From: Candidatus Parasutterella gallistercoris
Lineage (GTDB): Bacteria; Pseudomonadota; Gammaproteobacteria; Burkholderiales; Burkholderiaceae_F
Assembly: GCA_019113195.1 (NCBI GenBank)
Contig: DXHW01000042.1
Location: 7,750-71,749, forward strand
Reading direction: 5' to 3'
DNA length: 64,000 nucleotides
In this document: in pieces, positions 51,513 to 61,487 of the stretch
How positions within the stretch are numbered: position 1 is the first letter of the stretch
Layout of the letters: the number at the start of each line of letters is the position of its first letter
Position numbers and translations under genes: made by a program
The notes under the pieces: model-generated
Databases searched by the model: none
What the model was told of the DNA's origin: nothing
What the model saw: the letters and a program-made list of their open reading frames with translations, nothing else

Positions 51513-53624
51513 ATGGAAGAATCTGCTCCGACTCTTAATTTGGCTGATGTCCGTCGTACCATTGAGCCTCTTTACGAGGGTCAGAAACTTTTCACCGGCG
51601 AGTCCGTAATGGCTCATGCCGAGGGCGTCGTGGATATCCTTCGCGGCATTCGCGATGACGATGACCTTTTGGCAGCAGCCTATCTTTTTTGTGTTTGGAA
51701 CCAACTCAAAAATCCGAAAGAATGGCTGACCAAACACTTCGGAAAACAAGTCTGCGAACTCGTCGCAAATCTCAAAGTCGTTATTGACGTGAGCGAGAAG
51801 GCCCGCTCGCGCGAGGGAGAGGCACGCATCAGTCAGCAGCCTGATGCCGTACGCCGTTTGCTGCTCGCTCTGTGTACCGATCTCCGCGTGGTATTGCTTC
51901 GCTTGGCTTCGCGTCTTCAGACGCTGCGCTATTTCGCAGCGACCAAAGCTCCGGGTGCAAAAGAATACGGTGCCGAAACTTTGGCGCTTTACGCTCCGCT
52001 TGCCAACCGTTTAGGTATTTGGCAGATGAAGTGGGAGCTTGAAGATCTGTCTCTGCGCTTTACCGAACCGGAAGTTTTTCACACGATCGCCAATAATCTT
52101 GAAGAAACCCGTGAGGAGCGTGTTGCTTCTATTCAGGAAGCAGTACGCCGAATTCAGGCATTACTGGCTTCCCGCGGAATTCAGGCGTCTGTCTCCGGAC
52201 GTCCGAAACACATCTATTCCATCTGGAAGAAGATGTGCAAGAAGAACTTGAAGTTCGAACAGCTCTTTGACGTTCGAGCCATCCGCATCATCGTGGATTC
52301 CGTAGAAAAGTGCTACGAGACGCTTTCGCTGATCCAGGAATCTTTCGAAGTTCTTTCTAAGGAATTCGACGATTACATTGCAAAACCGAAACCCAACGGT
52401 TATCAGTCTTTGCACACCGTGATTGTCGGCTCCAGAGGTAAACCGCTCGAGATCCAGATCCGAACCCGCGCGATGCACGAGTTCGCAGAACTCGGTGTGG
52501 CCGCGCATTGGCGCTATAAAGAAGGCTCCAAACGCAAGGCCGGCGAACATGAAGAAGATCGTGTGGCTTGGCTGCGCCAGATGCTGGCTTGGAAGAGTGA
52601 CGTTCAAGCTGCTCCGACCCCGGAAGCTGCGAAAGACGAACATATCTACGTTCTGACGCCGCAGGGCAAAGTCCTTGACCTTCCGGCCGGCAGTACGCCG
52701 ATCGATTTCGCCTACCTTCTGCATACCGAACTCGGCCACCGCTGCCGCGGCGCCAAAGTTGACGGTGTGATGGTTCCGCTGAATACCAAACTTCAGAGCG
52801 GCCAAACAGTTGAGATTATTGCGGCAAAAGTCGGTGCTCCGAGCCGAGACTGGTTAAACCCGGACTTAGGCTTTACGGCTTCTCCCAGATCTCGCACGAA
52901 GGTTCGTCAGTGGTTCAATGCTCAGGAAATGGAGCAGGCGGTCACAGCCGGCCGAGAAAAAATTGACAAGGACTTGGCACGCTTGGGTAAAACCGCTGTC
53001 AAGCTTGAGGATTTGGCTAAGCGTTTAGGTTTCAACACTGTCGATGATCTGTGTTTGGCTGCCGGAAAAGACGAACTCGGTCAGAAAGCGATCGAAAACG
53101 TTTTAGCACCTCGTCCGCAGAAGAATCCGCAGGAAGAAGAAAAGCTGGAAACCGCGGCTCCGAAGAAAACCTCCGAGCACGAGAAAGGCAAGATCCTGGT
53201 GGTGGGCGTTGACTCACTGCTGACTCAGCTGGCTCGCTGCTGTCATCCGGTGCCGCCTGATGAGATCGTCGGTTTCGTGACCCGCGGACGCGGCGTAACG
53301 GTGCATCGCGCCGACTGTCCGAACATTCGTTCTTTGGACGAAGAAGGCAGAGATCGTTTGATTGAAGTCTCCTGGACGCAGGACGAATCTTCCGTTTTCC
53401 CGGTCCAGATTTTGGTGATCGCAGCTGACCGTATGGGCTTGCTCAAAGATATCTCTGAAATCCTTTCTCGGGAAAAACAGAGTATTTCTGCGATGCAGAC
53501 CGTTCGCGTGAAAGGTGACGTGCACATGACGTTCACGATCGAAATCCACAGTAAGGACGATTTGAATCGTACTTTGGCCGCGATTCGCGAAGTTAAAGGC
53601 GTGTTTTCAGCAAGAAGAACGTAA
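51513..53624 (+). CDS. relA: (p)ppGpp synthetase RelA
   Basis: APLANRLG, GRPKHIYSI, EFDDYI (ExDD) and AAHWRYK motifs; TGS and ACT domains; hydrolase HD degenerate (AAYLF). Confidence 0.92.
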   Translation: MEESAPTLNLADVRRTIEPLYEGQKLFTGESVMAHAEGVVDILRGIRDDDDLLAAAYLFCVWNQLKNPKEWLTKHFGKQVCELVANLKVVIDVSEKARSREGEARISQQPDAVRRLLLALCTDLRVVLLRLASRLQTLRYFAATKAPGAKEYGAETLALYAPLANRLGIWQMKWELEDLSLRFTEPEVFHTIANNLEETREERVASIQEAVRRIQALLASRGIQASVSGRPKHIYSIWKKMCKKNLKFEQLFDVRAIRIIVDSVEKCYETLSLIQESFEVLSKEFDDYIAKPKPNGYQSLHTVIVGSRGKPLEIQIRTRAMHEFAELGVAAHWRYKEGSKRKAGEHEEDRVAWLRQMLAWKSDVQAAPTPEAAKDEHIYVLTPQGKVLDLPAGSTPIDFAYLLHTELGHRCRGAKVDGVMVPLNTKLQSGQTVEIIAAKVGAPSRDWLNPDLGFTASPRSRTKVRQWFNAQEMEQAVTAGREKIDKDLARLGKTAVKLEDLAKRLGFNTVDDLCLAAGKDELGQKAIENVLAPRPQKNPQEEEKLETAAPKKTSEHEKGKILVVGVDSLLTQLARCCHPVPPDEIVGFVTRGRGVTVHRADCPNIRSLDEEGRDRLIEVSWTQDESSVFPVQILVIAADRMGLLKDISEILSREKQSISAMQTVRVKGDVHMTFTIEIHSKDDLNRTLAAIREVKGVFSARRT

Positions 53625-53650
53625 GAGTTTGCAACAGCCATGCGATCGAC

Positions 53651-53679
53651 TTGCACAACTAAAAAAATGACTGTATAGT
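53651..53679 (+). promoter_or_regulatory. Sigma70 promoter of tRNA-Val pair
   Basis: TTGCAC-N17-TATAGT. Confidence 0.7.
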
Positions 53680-53691
53680 TTCGACTTCTTC

Positions 53692-53768
53692 AGGCACGTA
53701 GCTCAGCTGGTTAGAGCATCACCTTGACATGGTGGGGGTCGTTGGTTCGAGTCCAATCGTGCCTACCA
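53692..53768 (+). tRNA. tRNA-Val (GAC)
   Basis: 77-nt cloverleaf; anticodon loop TTGACAT; CCA end. Confidence 0.97.
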
Positions 53769-53822
53769 AAACTTCTTGTTCTGGTTTGAAGAAGCTGTTT
53801 CGCTTTAAGAGACGACAATTTT

Positions 53823-53899
53823 AGGCACATAGCTCAGCTGGTTAGAGCATCACCTTGACATGGTGGGGGTCGTTGGTTCGAGTCCAATTGTGCCTACCA
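53823..53899 (+). tRNA. tRNA-Val (GAC), second copy
   Basis: Same as the first copy except for a compensatory G-C to A-T change in the acceptor stem. Confidence 0.97.
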
Positions 53900-53906
53900 A
53901 GATTTC

Positions 53907-53936
53907 GCCCGGTAGCGTAAGCTCCCGGGCATTTTC
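53907..53936 (+). terminator. Probable terminator after tRNA-Val pair
   Basis: GCCCGG.AGC-GTAA-GCT.CCGGGC followed by ATTTT. Confidence 0.6.
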
Positions 53937-53947
53937 GTCTTTGCGGT

Positions 53948-54913
53948 TTATTCGGCCTTGCGGACGGCGGGTGCGGCGGCTTGCTTGCCGTTTTGCTCGC
54001 GGATGATCGTCATTGCTGAAGCGACCATCGAACCCATGTCGGCGAGATTGGCCGGAAGAAGCAGCGTATTGCCTTCCTTAGCAATTTTTCCGAAAGCTTC
54101 CACATACTTTTCTGCGACCTGAAGGTTCACCGCCTGCATGCCCTGCGGCTCGCTGATGGCTTGCGCAACGGCACGGATGGCTTCTGCCTGCGCTTTAGCA
54201 ACGGCTTCAATTGCACGAGCTTCACCTTCGGCCTTGTTAATGGCAGCTTGCTTTTCGCCCTCGGACTGGGCGATCATGGCCGCTCTTTCGCCTTCTGCAA
54301 TATTGATTTCTTTTTGCTTCTGGCCTTCCGAAGTGGCGATGACCGCGCGTTTTTCTCGCTCTGCCGTAATCTGCAGCTGCATCGCGCGCAGAATCTCTTT
54401 CGGCGGCGTCAGATCCTTAATTTCATAACGCAGAACCTTCACGCCCCAGGTCTGGGCGGCTTCGTCCACGGCCTGGACGACTCTAGCGTTGATCTCTTCA
54501 CGTTCTTCGAACGTTTTGTCGAGCGACATCGTACCGATAACGCTTCTGAGAGATGTCTGCGCAAGCTGTGTAATGGCCATCACAAAGTCGGACGTTCCGT
54601 AGCTGGCAAGTTCCGGATTGGTGACCTGAAAGTAGAGGACGCCGTCCACCTGCAGCTGAGTGTTGTCTTTGGTAATGCAGATTTGGCTCGATGTGTCCAT
54701 CGGAATTTCTTTGAGCGTCTGGCGATAGGCAACGCGATCGATAATCGGAATGATGAAATTCAGGCCCGGCTGAAGCACGGTGTGAAATTTTCCGAATCGT
54801 TCGACGACCCAGGCTTCCTGCTGAGGAACGACGCGAACCGATTTTGCAATGAAGATGACGGCAAAAACTGCCAGCACCATGATGAATACGGCGAACCCTC
54901 CGATTGCTTCCAT
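53948..54913 (-). CDS. SPFH/stomatin-like protein (QmcA-like)
   Basis: VVERFGK, ITKDN, WGVKVLRYEI and AEREKRA motifs. Confidence 0.93.
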   Translation of the reverse strand: MEAIGGFAVFIMVLAVFAVIFIAKSVRVVPQQEAWVVERFGKFHTVLQPGLNFIIPIIDRVAYRQTLKEIPMDTSSQICITKDNTQLQVDGVLYFQVTNPELASYGTSDFVMAITQLAQTSLRSVIGTMSLDKTFEEREEINARVVQAVDEAAQTWGVKVLRYEIKDLTPPKEILRAMQLQITAEREKRAVIATSEGQKQKEINIAEGERAAMIAQSEGEKQAAINKAEGEARAIEAVAKAQAEAIRAVAQAISEPQGMQAVNLQVAEKYVEAFGKIAKEGNTLLLPANLADMGSMVASAMTIIREQNGKQAAAPAVRKAE

Positions 54914-54914
54914 A

Positions 54915-55346
54915 TTATTTCTCCTGTTTGAGTTTGATAATTAAAGTATTTCCGCTCATCCCGACGATCTCCCAAAGGCCTGGAACCATCGGTGAACCTT
55001 TTTCCGGTTTGGCATCCCAGACGGTTCCGCGATAGAAAACTCGAGCTTTGCCGTTTTCTTTCCATTCCTTGACTTCGACGGAGTGTCCGTCGTTGATGTG
55101 CTGCAAATGGTCGGCATCCGTGCTTACGGAGTTTTTCCTTTTCCGATAGGACAGATAAACACAGCCGGCAATGGCAAAGACGGCAAACGCGAGCAGCTGA
55201 AACAGTATCCCTGCTCCGATCACGGCAAAGATAAAGGCGGCCAATGCGGCTACAGCAATAATGAGCAGGTAGATCGTGCCGAGAAGAATGTCGGCGCCGG
55301 CTAATACGACGGCTCCGATCAGCCATAAATAAATCATAGAAAACAC
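54915..55346 (-). CDS. NfeD-like membrane protein
   Basis: N-terminal TMs plus OB-like V.YRG..W.A; adjacent to the SPFH gene; GTG start with AGGAG. Confidence 0.85.
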   Translation of the reverse strand: MFSMIYLWLIGAVVLAGADILLGTIYLLIIAVAALAAFIFAVIGAGILFQLLAFAVFAIAGCVYLSYRKRKNSVSTDADHLQHINDGHSVEVKEWKENGKARVFYRGTVWDAKPEKGSPMVPGLWEIVGMSGNTLIIKLKQEK

Positions 55347-55357
55347 TTATAGCTCCT

Positions 55358-56611
55358 TTAGGCTTTGTCCAGAGGCGCAATAACACCGTCTAATCCGGCG
55401 AGTACGGACAGCATCAGAATGGACTTCTGTTCGCAGGCATAGACGCCTTTCGGGTTGAACCATTCTTTAAGCGTATGGGTTCCGTATTCTTCGCCGCCGC
55501 GTCCGAGTGTCACGGCAGGGATGCCGCGCTCAATGGACATGTTGGTATTGGTGCACCCGCCGGGCAAGAATTTGTAATTTCTGCCGACCGCCTGAGTGGC
55601 TAGTTTGGCAAGCTGAATGATCGGAGCGTCATCCGGCTGAGTTCCGGCCGGGACGTCCAGCGTCTTTTCGATCGAAAGACTGAGTTCTCCTTCGCTGCCT
55701 TCTTTTTCTTGTTCGATTTCAACGCCTCCGCGGATGGCTTGATAGATTTGTTCTTCTACTTCATTCAGTGCAGCCTGAGAATTTGAACGAGCATTGATCT
55801 TGAAGACTGCTTTCTGAGCGATGGCGTGAATTGCTTGACCGCCTTCGATCAAACTGACGGTCAAGGTTGTCTTAGGATCTTTCGGCGGAACGATCTTGGC
55901 GATTTCCGCGATGGCCAAGCCTGCGGCATGGATGGCGCTGACGCGTTCGCACGCTGTCCACGCGTGACCGCCCGGGCCTTCAATCGTGACCTCAAGGTCG
56001 ATCATGCCGGTGGCGTTGGCGTAAAAAATTTCTGCCGTCGCGCCGTCAATAGAAATTGTGGCCAGCAGTTTGGTTTTGTCTTTGAGCTGGTCAAGCGTCC
56101 AGGCCATGCCTTTCATGCCTCCGAGACCTTCTTCGCAGACCGTACCGCAGAAGTAGATATCGTGAACGGGTCGAAGATTTGCCGCTTTAAAAGCTCTCAG
56201 AACCGCGAGGTTGGCGGCGATGGCGCGCGTATCGTCGCAAATGCCGGGGCAGTGGATACGTCCTTCGGCATCCGTCTCGATACCTTTAACGTCTCCGAAA
56301 GAGAACACGGTGTCTAAATGGCCTTCGAGTAAAACACTGCAGCCGGTGTTGCCGGTCCCATGCAGTTTGCCGATGACGTTGAAGTGCTCGTCCATGTAGA
56401 TGTCATCTAACCCGGCTTCGCGCAGCATGCTGAGGTAACGCTCTGCTTTGGCCTTTTCGTGACCGGTCGGAGCTTCGATCAGTACGAGTTCTTTCTGATC
56501 ACGAATCGTTTCTTCGAGATGCTCTTTCACATAGTCGAAAGCACGTTGTACGGAAGGGCTGGTTTTGACTGTTTCTACAGCTTTGACAATCTTGGGAGAG
56601 AAGTGTTCCAT
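55358..56611 (-). CDS. M20/M25/M40 family metallopeptidase (PepT-like)
   Basis: GHLDTVF, PGICDD, EEGLG and GPGGHAW motifs. Confidence 0.88.
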   Translation of the reverse strand: MEHFSPKIVKAVETVKTSPSVQRAFDYVKEHLEETIRDQKELVLIEAPTGHEKAKAERYLSMLREAGLDDIYMDEHFNVIGKLHGTGNTGCSVLLEGHLDTVFSFGDVKGIETDAEGRIHCPGICDDTRAIAANLAVLRAFKAANLRPVHDIYFCGTVCEEGLGGMKGMAWTLDQLKDKTKLLATISIDGATAEIFYANATGMIDLEVTIEGPGGHAWTACERVSAIHAAGLAIAEIAKIVPPKDPKTTLTVSLIEGGQAIHAIAQKAVFKINARSNSQAALNEVEEQIYQAIRGGVEIEQEKEGSEGELSLSIEKTLDVPAGTQPDDAPIIQLAKLATQAVGRNYKFLPGGCTNTNMSIERGIPAVTLGRGGEEYGTHTLKEWFNPKGVYACEQKSILMLSVLAGLDGVIAPLDKA

Positions 56612-56695
56612 TTTCGGACCTTTTTGTAGTAATTGAAGATTTGGAATAGGTATCCTTGCAACATTCATATTAAGAAAATCGCATAAGGAGCGAAA

Positions 56696-56986
56696 GTGCT
56701 AATTTCATTTTTGACGCTGATTCTGTCGTTTTGCATCGGAATTCTGTCCGGCCTTTTTTTTCGGAAGAGAGTTCCTAATTTTCTCGGGGTGGTTTTGGCT
56801 TGTGTCATAGGTGCATTTATCGGTATCTTGGCAACCTACCTGATTCTCAAATTCCTCCTTTGGGTAGAAGTAATCGGCTCAGTGAATACCGATTGGTTTA
56901 TTCGCCAATGTATTTGGCTTGCGGTTCTTGCGATTTTCGGTGTCATCCTGAGCGGGAAAGCGTTTAAGAATAAACCCGAGAAATAA
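56696..56986 (+). CDS. Hypothetical small membrane protein (3 TM)
   Basis: GTG start with AAGGAG SD; hydrophobic; fills the intergenic gap. Confidence 0.65.
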   Translation: MLISFLTLILSFCIGILSGLFFRKRVPNFLGVVLACVIGAFIGILATYLILKFLLWVEVIGSVNTDWFIRQCIWLAVLAIFGVILSGKAFKNKPEK

Positions 56987-57150
56987 GTTCAAACGCTAAT
57001 GAACAGAAGGCTGAAAAGCTGAAAAAGTAAGGCGGGACTAAGCATTAGGCTCCGGTTAGACAGTAAAATCTATTTTTTATGTTCGGCCGGGCTTTTTGCG
57101 TCCGCGCTCGAACCAATCGAATAATTTGAAGAATTTTTGGAGAAAGATTA

Positions 57151-59076
57151 ATGATCGAAGTAACTCTGCCCGACGGCTCCAAACGTGAATTCAATTCACC
57201 GGTTACCGTAGGTGACGTTGCAGCCTCTATCGGCGCCGGCCTCGCTCGCGCTGCTTTGGCAGGTAAAGTTAACGGCAAACTCGTGGACCTGTCTCACCCG
57301 ATTACCGAAAACAGTACGGTTTCGATTGTGACTGACAAAGACCCTGAGGGCCTTGAGATCATTCGTCATTCGACCTCTCACTTGCTGGCTCAGGCTGTCA
57401 AAGAGCTGTACCCGCAGGCTCAGATCACGATCGGACCGGTGATTGAAAACGGTTTTTACTACGACTTCTCTCTGCCGAAACATTTGACCAACGAAGATCT
57501 TCCGCTCATCGAAAAGAAGATGGACGAGATCGTTAAACGCGATCTTCCGATTGTTCGTGAAGAGATGGACCGCGACGAGGCCGTTAAATATTTCAACTCC
57601 ATCGGCGAACACTACAAGGCCGAAATCATCGGCTCTATCCCTGCCGGTGAAACCATTTCTCTGTACCGTCAGGGTGACTATGTCGACCTTTGCCGCGGAC
57701 CCCACGTCCCGAGCACCGGTCGCCTGAGAGTTCACAAGCTGATGAAACTTGCCGGCGCTTACTGGAGAGGTGACAGCAAGAACGAAATGCTGCAGCGAAT
57801 CTACGGTACCGCCTGGGCTAAGAAAGACGATATGGCTGCTTACCTCTACATGCTGGAAGAGGCAGAAAAACGCGACCATCGCCGCCTCGGCAAAGAACTC
57901 GATCTCTTCCATTTCCAGGAAGAAGCTCCCGGCCTGATTTTCTGGCATGCACGCGGCTGGGCACTTTGGCAGCAGGTCGAACAATACATGCGCCGTGTTT
58001 ACCAAGATAACGGCTATCAGGAGGTTAAGGCACCTCAGCTGTTAGACCGTTCTCTGTGGGAAAAATCCGGCCACTGGTCCAAGTACAAAGAGAATATGTT
58101 CACGACAGAGTCGGAAAACCGCTACTACGCACTGAAACCGATGAACTGCCCGGGCCACATTCAGATCTTCAACAGCGCCGTTCGTTCTTACCGCGATCTG
58201 CCGATCCGCTACGGTGAGTTCGGCGCTTGCCACAGAAATGAACCGTCCGGCTCTCTGCACGGTTTGATGCGCGTCCGCGGCTTCACTCAGGACGACGGAC
58301 ATATCTTCTGTACCGAAGATCAGATTCTTTCCGAATGCACTGCTTACACCAAGCTCGTTCAGAAGGTCTATGCCGACTACGGCTTTACGGACATCTCTTA
58401 CAAGATTGCAACACGTCCGGAAAAACGTATCGGCGATGATGCAACTTGGGACAAAGCAGAAAAAGCTCTGATGGATGCTTTGGATGCTTCCGGCATCAAA
58501 TATGACATCCTTCCGGGTGAAGGCGCATTCTACGGTCCGAAGATCGAATACCATCTGCGTGACTCCTTAGGCCGCGGCTGGCAGTGCGGTACGATCCAGG
58601 TTGACTTCCAGATGCCGTCTCGTCTCGGTGCCGAATATGTGACCGAAAGCAACGGCAGAGCCACTCCGGTCATGCTTCACCGCGCGATTGTCGGCAGCTT
58701 GGAACGCTTCATCGGCATGCTGCTCGAACACTATGCCGGTCAGCTTCCTCCGTGGCTCGCTCCGGTACAGGTCGCCGTTGCCAACATTACCGACGATCAG
58801 GCCGATTACGCTCAGGAAGTTGTTTCTATGCTCAAAAAGGCGGGTCTTCGCGCCGAAGCAGATTTGCGAAACGGCAAAATTACATATAAGATTCGCGAAC
58901 TTAGCCTGCAGAAGCTTCCTTACATCCTCGTTGTCGGAGCTAAGGAAAAGGCAGAAGGTAAAGTCGCGGTTCGAGTTCGCGGCGGCAAGGATCTTGGCGC
59001 CATGAGCGTGGAAGACTTTATTAAGCTCGTTCAGGAAGATGTGGCCACACGCCGCAACGTGAACGAAATTGAATAA
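57151..59076 (+). CDS. thrS: Threonine--tRNA ligase
   Basis: TGS domain; [15 protein letters not shown] and RVRGFTQDD motifs. Confidence 0.98.
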   Translation: MIEVTLPDGSKREFNSPVTVGDVAASIGAGLARAALAGKVNGKLVDLSHPITENSTVSIVTDKDPEGLEIIRHSTSHLLAQAVKELYPQAQITIGPVIENGFYYDFSLPKHLTNEDLPLIEKKMDEIVKRDLPIVREEMDRDEAVKYFNSIGEHYKAEIIGSIPAGETISLYRQGDYVDLCRGPHVPSTGRLRVHKLMKLAGAYWRGDSKNEMLQRIYGTAWAKKDDMAAYLYMLEEAEKRDHRRLGKELDLFHFQEEAPGLIFWHARGWALWQQVEQYMRRVYQDNGYQEVKAPQLLDRSLWEKSGHWSKYKENMFTTESENRYYALKPMNCPGHIQIFNSAVRSYRDLPIRYGEFGACHRNEPSGSLHGLMRVRGFTQDDGHIFCTEDQILSECTAYTKLVQKVYADYGFTDISYKIATRPEKRIGDDATWDKAEKALMDALDASGIKYDILPGEGAFYGPKIEYHLRDSLGRGWQCGTIQVDFQMPSRLGAEYVTESNGRATPVMLHRAIVGSLERFIGMLLEHYAGQLPPWLAPVQVAVANITDDQADYAQEVVSMLKKAGLRAEADLRNGKITYKIRELSLQKLPYILVVGAKEKAEGKVAVRVRGGKDLGAMSVEDFIKLVQEDVATRRNVNEIE

Positions 59077-59092
59077 CTAATTGGAGACGAAA

Positions 59093-59614
59093 ATAGCTCA
59101 AGAACGTACACACCGGATCAATGGCGAGATCCGCGTCCCTGAAGTTCGCTTGACAGGTCTTGACGGCGAGATGATCGGTATCGTCAGGACCTCTCAGGCT
59201 TTAGCCATGGCCGAAGAGGCAGATGTTGACTTAGTGGAGGTCGCGCCGAACGCTCGTCCTCCGGTCTGCCGTTTGATGGATTACGGTAAATTCCGCTATC
59301 AGGAGCAGAAGAAGGCACAGGAACAGAAGGCCAAGCAGAAGGTCATTCAGGTCAAGGAAGTGAAGTTCCGTCCGCAGACGGATAAGAACGACTACGACAC
59401 GAAACTTCGTGCTTTGACTCGTTTCTTAGCCGACGGCAATAAAGCAAAGGTCACACTGCGCTACAGAGGCCGTGAAATGGCTCACCAGGAATTTGGTACA
59501 GATCTCCTGAATAAAGTGAAGGAAGATTTGGCCGATATCGCTCAGGTCGAATCCTTTCCTAAACTTGAAGGCCGCCAGATGATTATGGTTCTGGCTCCTA
59601 AGAAAAAGAAATAA
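59093..59614 (+). CDS. infC: Translation initiation factor IF-3 (probable non-canonical ATA start)
   Basis: [17 protein letters not shown] and KEVKFRP motifs; GGAG 6 nt above the in-frame ATA at 59093. Confidence 0.93.
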   Translation: MAQERTHRINGEIRVPEVRLTGLDGEMIGIVRTSQALAMAEEADVDLVEVAPNARPPVCRLMDYGKFRYQEQKKAQEQKAKQKVIQVKEVKFRPQTDKNDYDTKLRALTRFLADGNKAKVTLRYRGREMAHQEFGTDLLNKVKEDLADIAQVESFPKLEGRQMIMVLAPKKKK

Positions 59615-59753
59615 TATTCTTACAAATTAATGATTTGTTTTGGAGTATTATTACGACCCTGCTTTCGGGCAGAAAATAAGTGAAACCAGGCTGAACAAGA
59701 TCCTCAGTGTCTGAGGGCGCCTGCAATCATCTAATAAAAGGAACTTAGGCAAA

Positions 59754-59951
59754 ATGCCCAAGATGAAAACTAAAAAAGCTGCGAGCAAGCGTTTTAAAGT
59801 TCGCTCCGGCGGCTCCATCAAGCGTGCACACGCTACCAAGCGTCATATTCTCACCAAGCGCACGACGAAGAACAAACGTCACCTGCGCGGCATGTTAACC
59901 ATCAGCGAGTCGGATAAAAAAGAAATCCGCGCGATGATGCCTTACGCTTAA
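59754..59951 (+). CDS. rpmI: 50S ribosomal protein L35
   Basis: [14 protein letters not shown] and HILTK motifs. Confidence 0.97.
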   Translation: MPKMKTKKAASKRFKVRSGGSIKRAHATKRHILTKRTTKNKRHLRGMLTISESDKKEIRAMMPYA

Positions 59952-59969
59952 TTTAGAGGAGAGAATAAG

Positions 59970-60326
59970 ATGCCCCGAGTAAAACGTGGTGTAACGGCTC
60001 GTGCCCGTCATAAGAAAGTATTTGCGCTGTCCAAGGGCTTTACCCTTCGCCGCAATAATGTTTATCGTGTCGCTAAGCAGGCAGTTATGCGTGCCGGTCA
60101 GTACGCATACCGCGATCGCCGCAACAAGAAACGTGTATTCCGCCGTCTGTGGATTGCTCGTATCAACGCCGGTGCTCGTGCCAACGGCATGAACTACAGC
60201 CAGTTCATGAACGGCCTCAAGAAAGCCGGTATTGAACTCGACCGTAAAGTTCTGTCCAACATGGCCATCTTCGATAAAGAAGGTTTCGCCGCTGTTGTTG
60301 CCAAAGCTAAGGCTAGCCTTGCTTAA
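59970..60326 (+). CDS. rplT: 50S ribosomal protein L20
   Basis: [15 protein letters not shown] and LWIARINA motifs. Confidence 0.98.
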   Translation: MPRVKRGVTARARHKKVFALSKGFTLRRNNVYRVAKQAVMRAGQYAYRDRRNKKRVFRRLWIARINAGARANGMNYSQFMNGLKKAGIELDRKVLSNMAIFDKEGFAAVVAKAKASLA

Positions 60327-60386
60327 TTAGCTTCAGACACGCAGGTTTCAAGCCGATTTCAGTGCTTTGAAACTGCTAAAATACCT

Positions 60387-60424
60387 ACAAAAGCCTGGTT
60401 TGATATGCCAGGCTTTTGTTTTTT
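60387..60424 (+). terminator. Intrinsic terminator after rplT
   Basis: ACAAAAGCCTGG / CCAGGCTTTTGT stem plus a T-run. Confidence 0.75.
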
Positions 60425-60453
60425 CAGGTTACTAAAAATCCAACTGACCCAAT

Positions 60454-61470
60454 ATGGAAGATCTCAGTCTAATCATTCAATCTGCCAAAGAGGCTTTTGA
60501 TCAGGCCGCAACGCCGGCAGCCCTGGAAGACGCGAAAGCTGTCTATCTCGGCAAAAACGGTTCTTTGACAGCATTGCTGAAGGGGATGGCAAAACTGTCC
60601 ATCGAAGAAAAACGCGCTCGCGGAGCCGAAATCAATAAAGCCAAACGTGAAGTCGAAACGCTGCTCAATAATCGACGCGAAGCTTTGGCCCGCGAAGAAC
60701 TTAACCGTAAATTGACCTCTGAATCGGTCGATATCACATTGCCGGGCCGCACATTCGGCAACGGCGGTATTCATCCGGTCATGAGAACCTGGATGCGCGT
60801 TGAAGAAATCTTTAAAACCATCGGCTTTGATGTTGCCGACGGCCCTGAAGTTGAAAACGACTGGTACACCTTTACAGCCCTGAATAATCCTCCTAATCAT
60901 CCGGCCCGCAGTATGCAGGATACGTTCTACGTTGACATGAAGGATGAAACCGGCAAGCAGCTTCCGTTGAGACCGCATACCTCTCCGATGCAAGTTCGCT
61001 ATGCCCGTCAGCATAAGCCGCCTATTAAAGTTATCGCTCCCGGAAGAACCTATCGTGTGGACTCTGACGCAACGCACTCTCCAATGTTCCATCAGGTCGA
61101 AGGTCTTTGGATCGACGAAAACATCAGTTTTGCCGACTTGAAGGGCGTATACGTTGACTTCCTGAAGCGTTTCTTTGAAACGGACGACTTAATCGTTCGT
61201 TTCCGTCCGAGCTACTTCCCGTTCACTGAACCGAGCGCTGAAGTGGACATGATGTTCACCAGCGGCCCGAGAAAGGGAAAATGGCTGGAAATCAGCGGCT
61301 CCGGTGAAGTCCATCCGAATGTGGTCAGAAACTTCGGATTAGACCCGGAACGCTACATCGGTTTTGCTTTCGGTTCCGGCCTCGAAAGACTGACCATGCT
61401 CCGCTACGGAATCGATGACCTTCGTCTTTTCTTCGAAGGCGACCTCCGCTTCCTCAAACAGTTCAACTAA
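60454..61470 (+). CDS. pheS: Phenylalanine--tRNA ligase alpha
   Basis: [21 protein letters not shown] and [12 protein letters not shown] motifs. Confidence 0.98.
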   Translation: MEDLSLIIQSAKEAFDQAATPAALEDAKAVYLGKNGSLTALLKGMAKLSIEEKRARGAEINKAKREVETLLNNRREALAREELNRKLTSESVDITLPGRTFGNGGIHPVMRTWMRVEEIFKTIGFDVADGPEVENDWYTFTALNNPPNHPARSMQDTFYVDMKDETGKQLPLRPHTSPMQVRYARQHKPPIKVIAPGRTYRVDSDATHSPMFHQVEGLWIDENISFADLKGVYVDFLKRFFETDDLIVRFRPSYFPFTEPSAEVDMMFTSGPRKGKWLEISGSGEVHPNVVRNFGLDPERYIGFAFGSGLERLTMLRYGIDDLRLFFEGDLRFLKQFN

Positions 61471-61487
61471 TCGGCGAAAGGATAAAA

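Noticed and set aside
60327-60453. pheM-type attenuator before pheS
   Set aside because: No Phe-rich leader ORF is present, only hairpins and a terminator.
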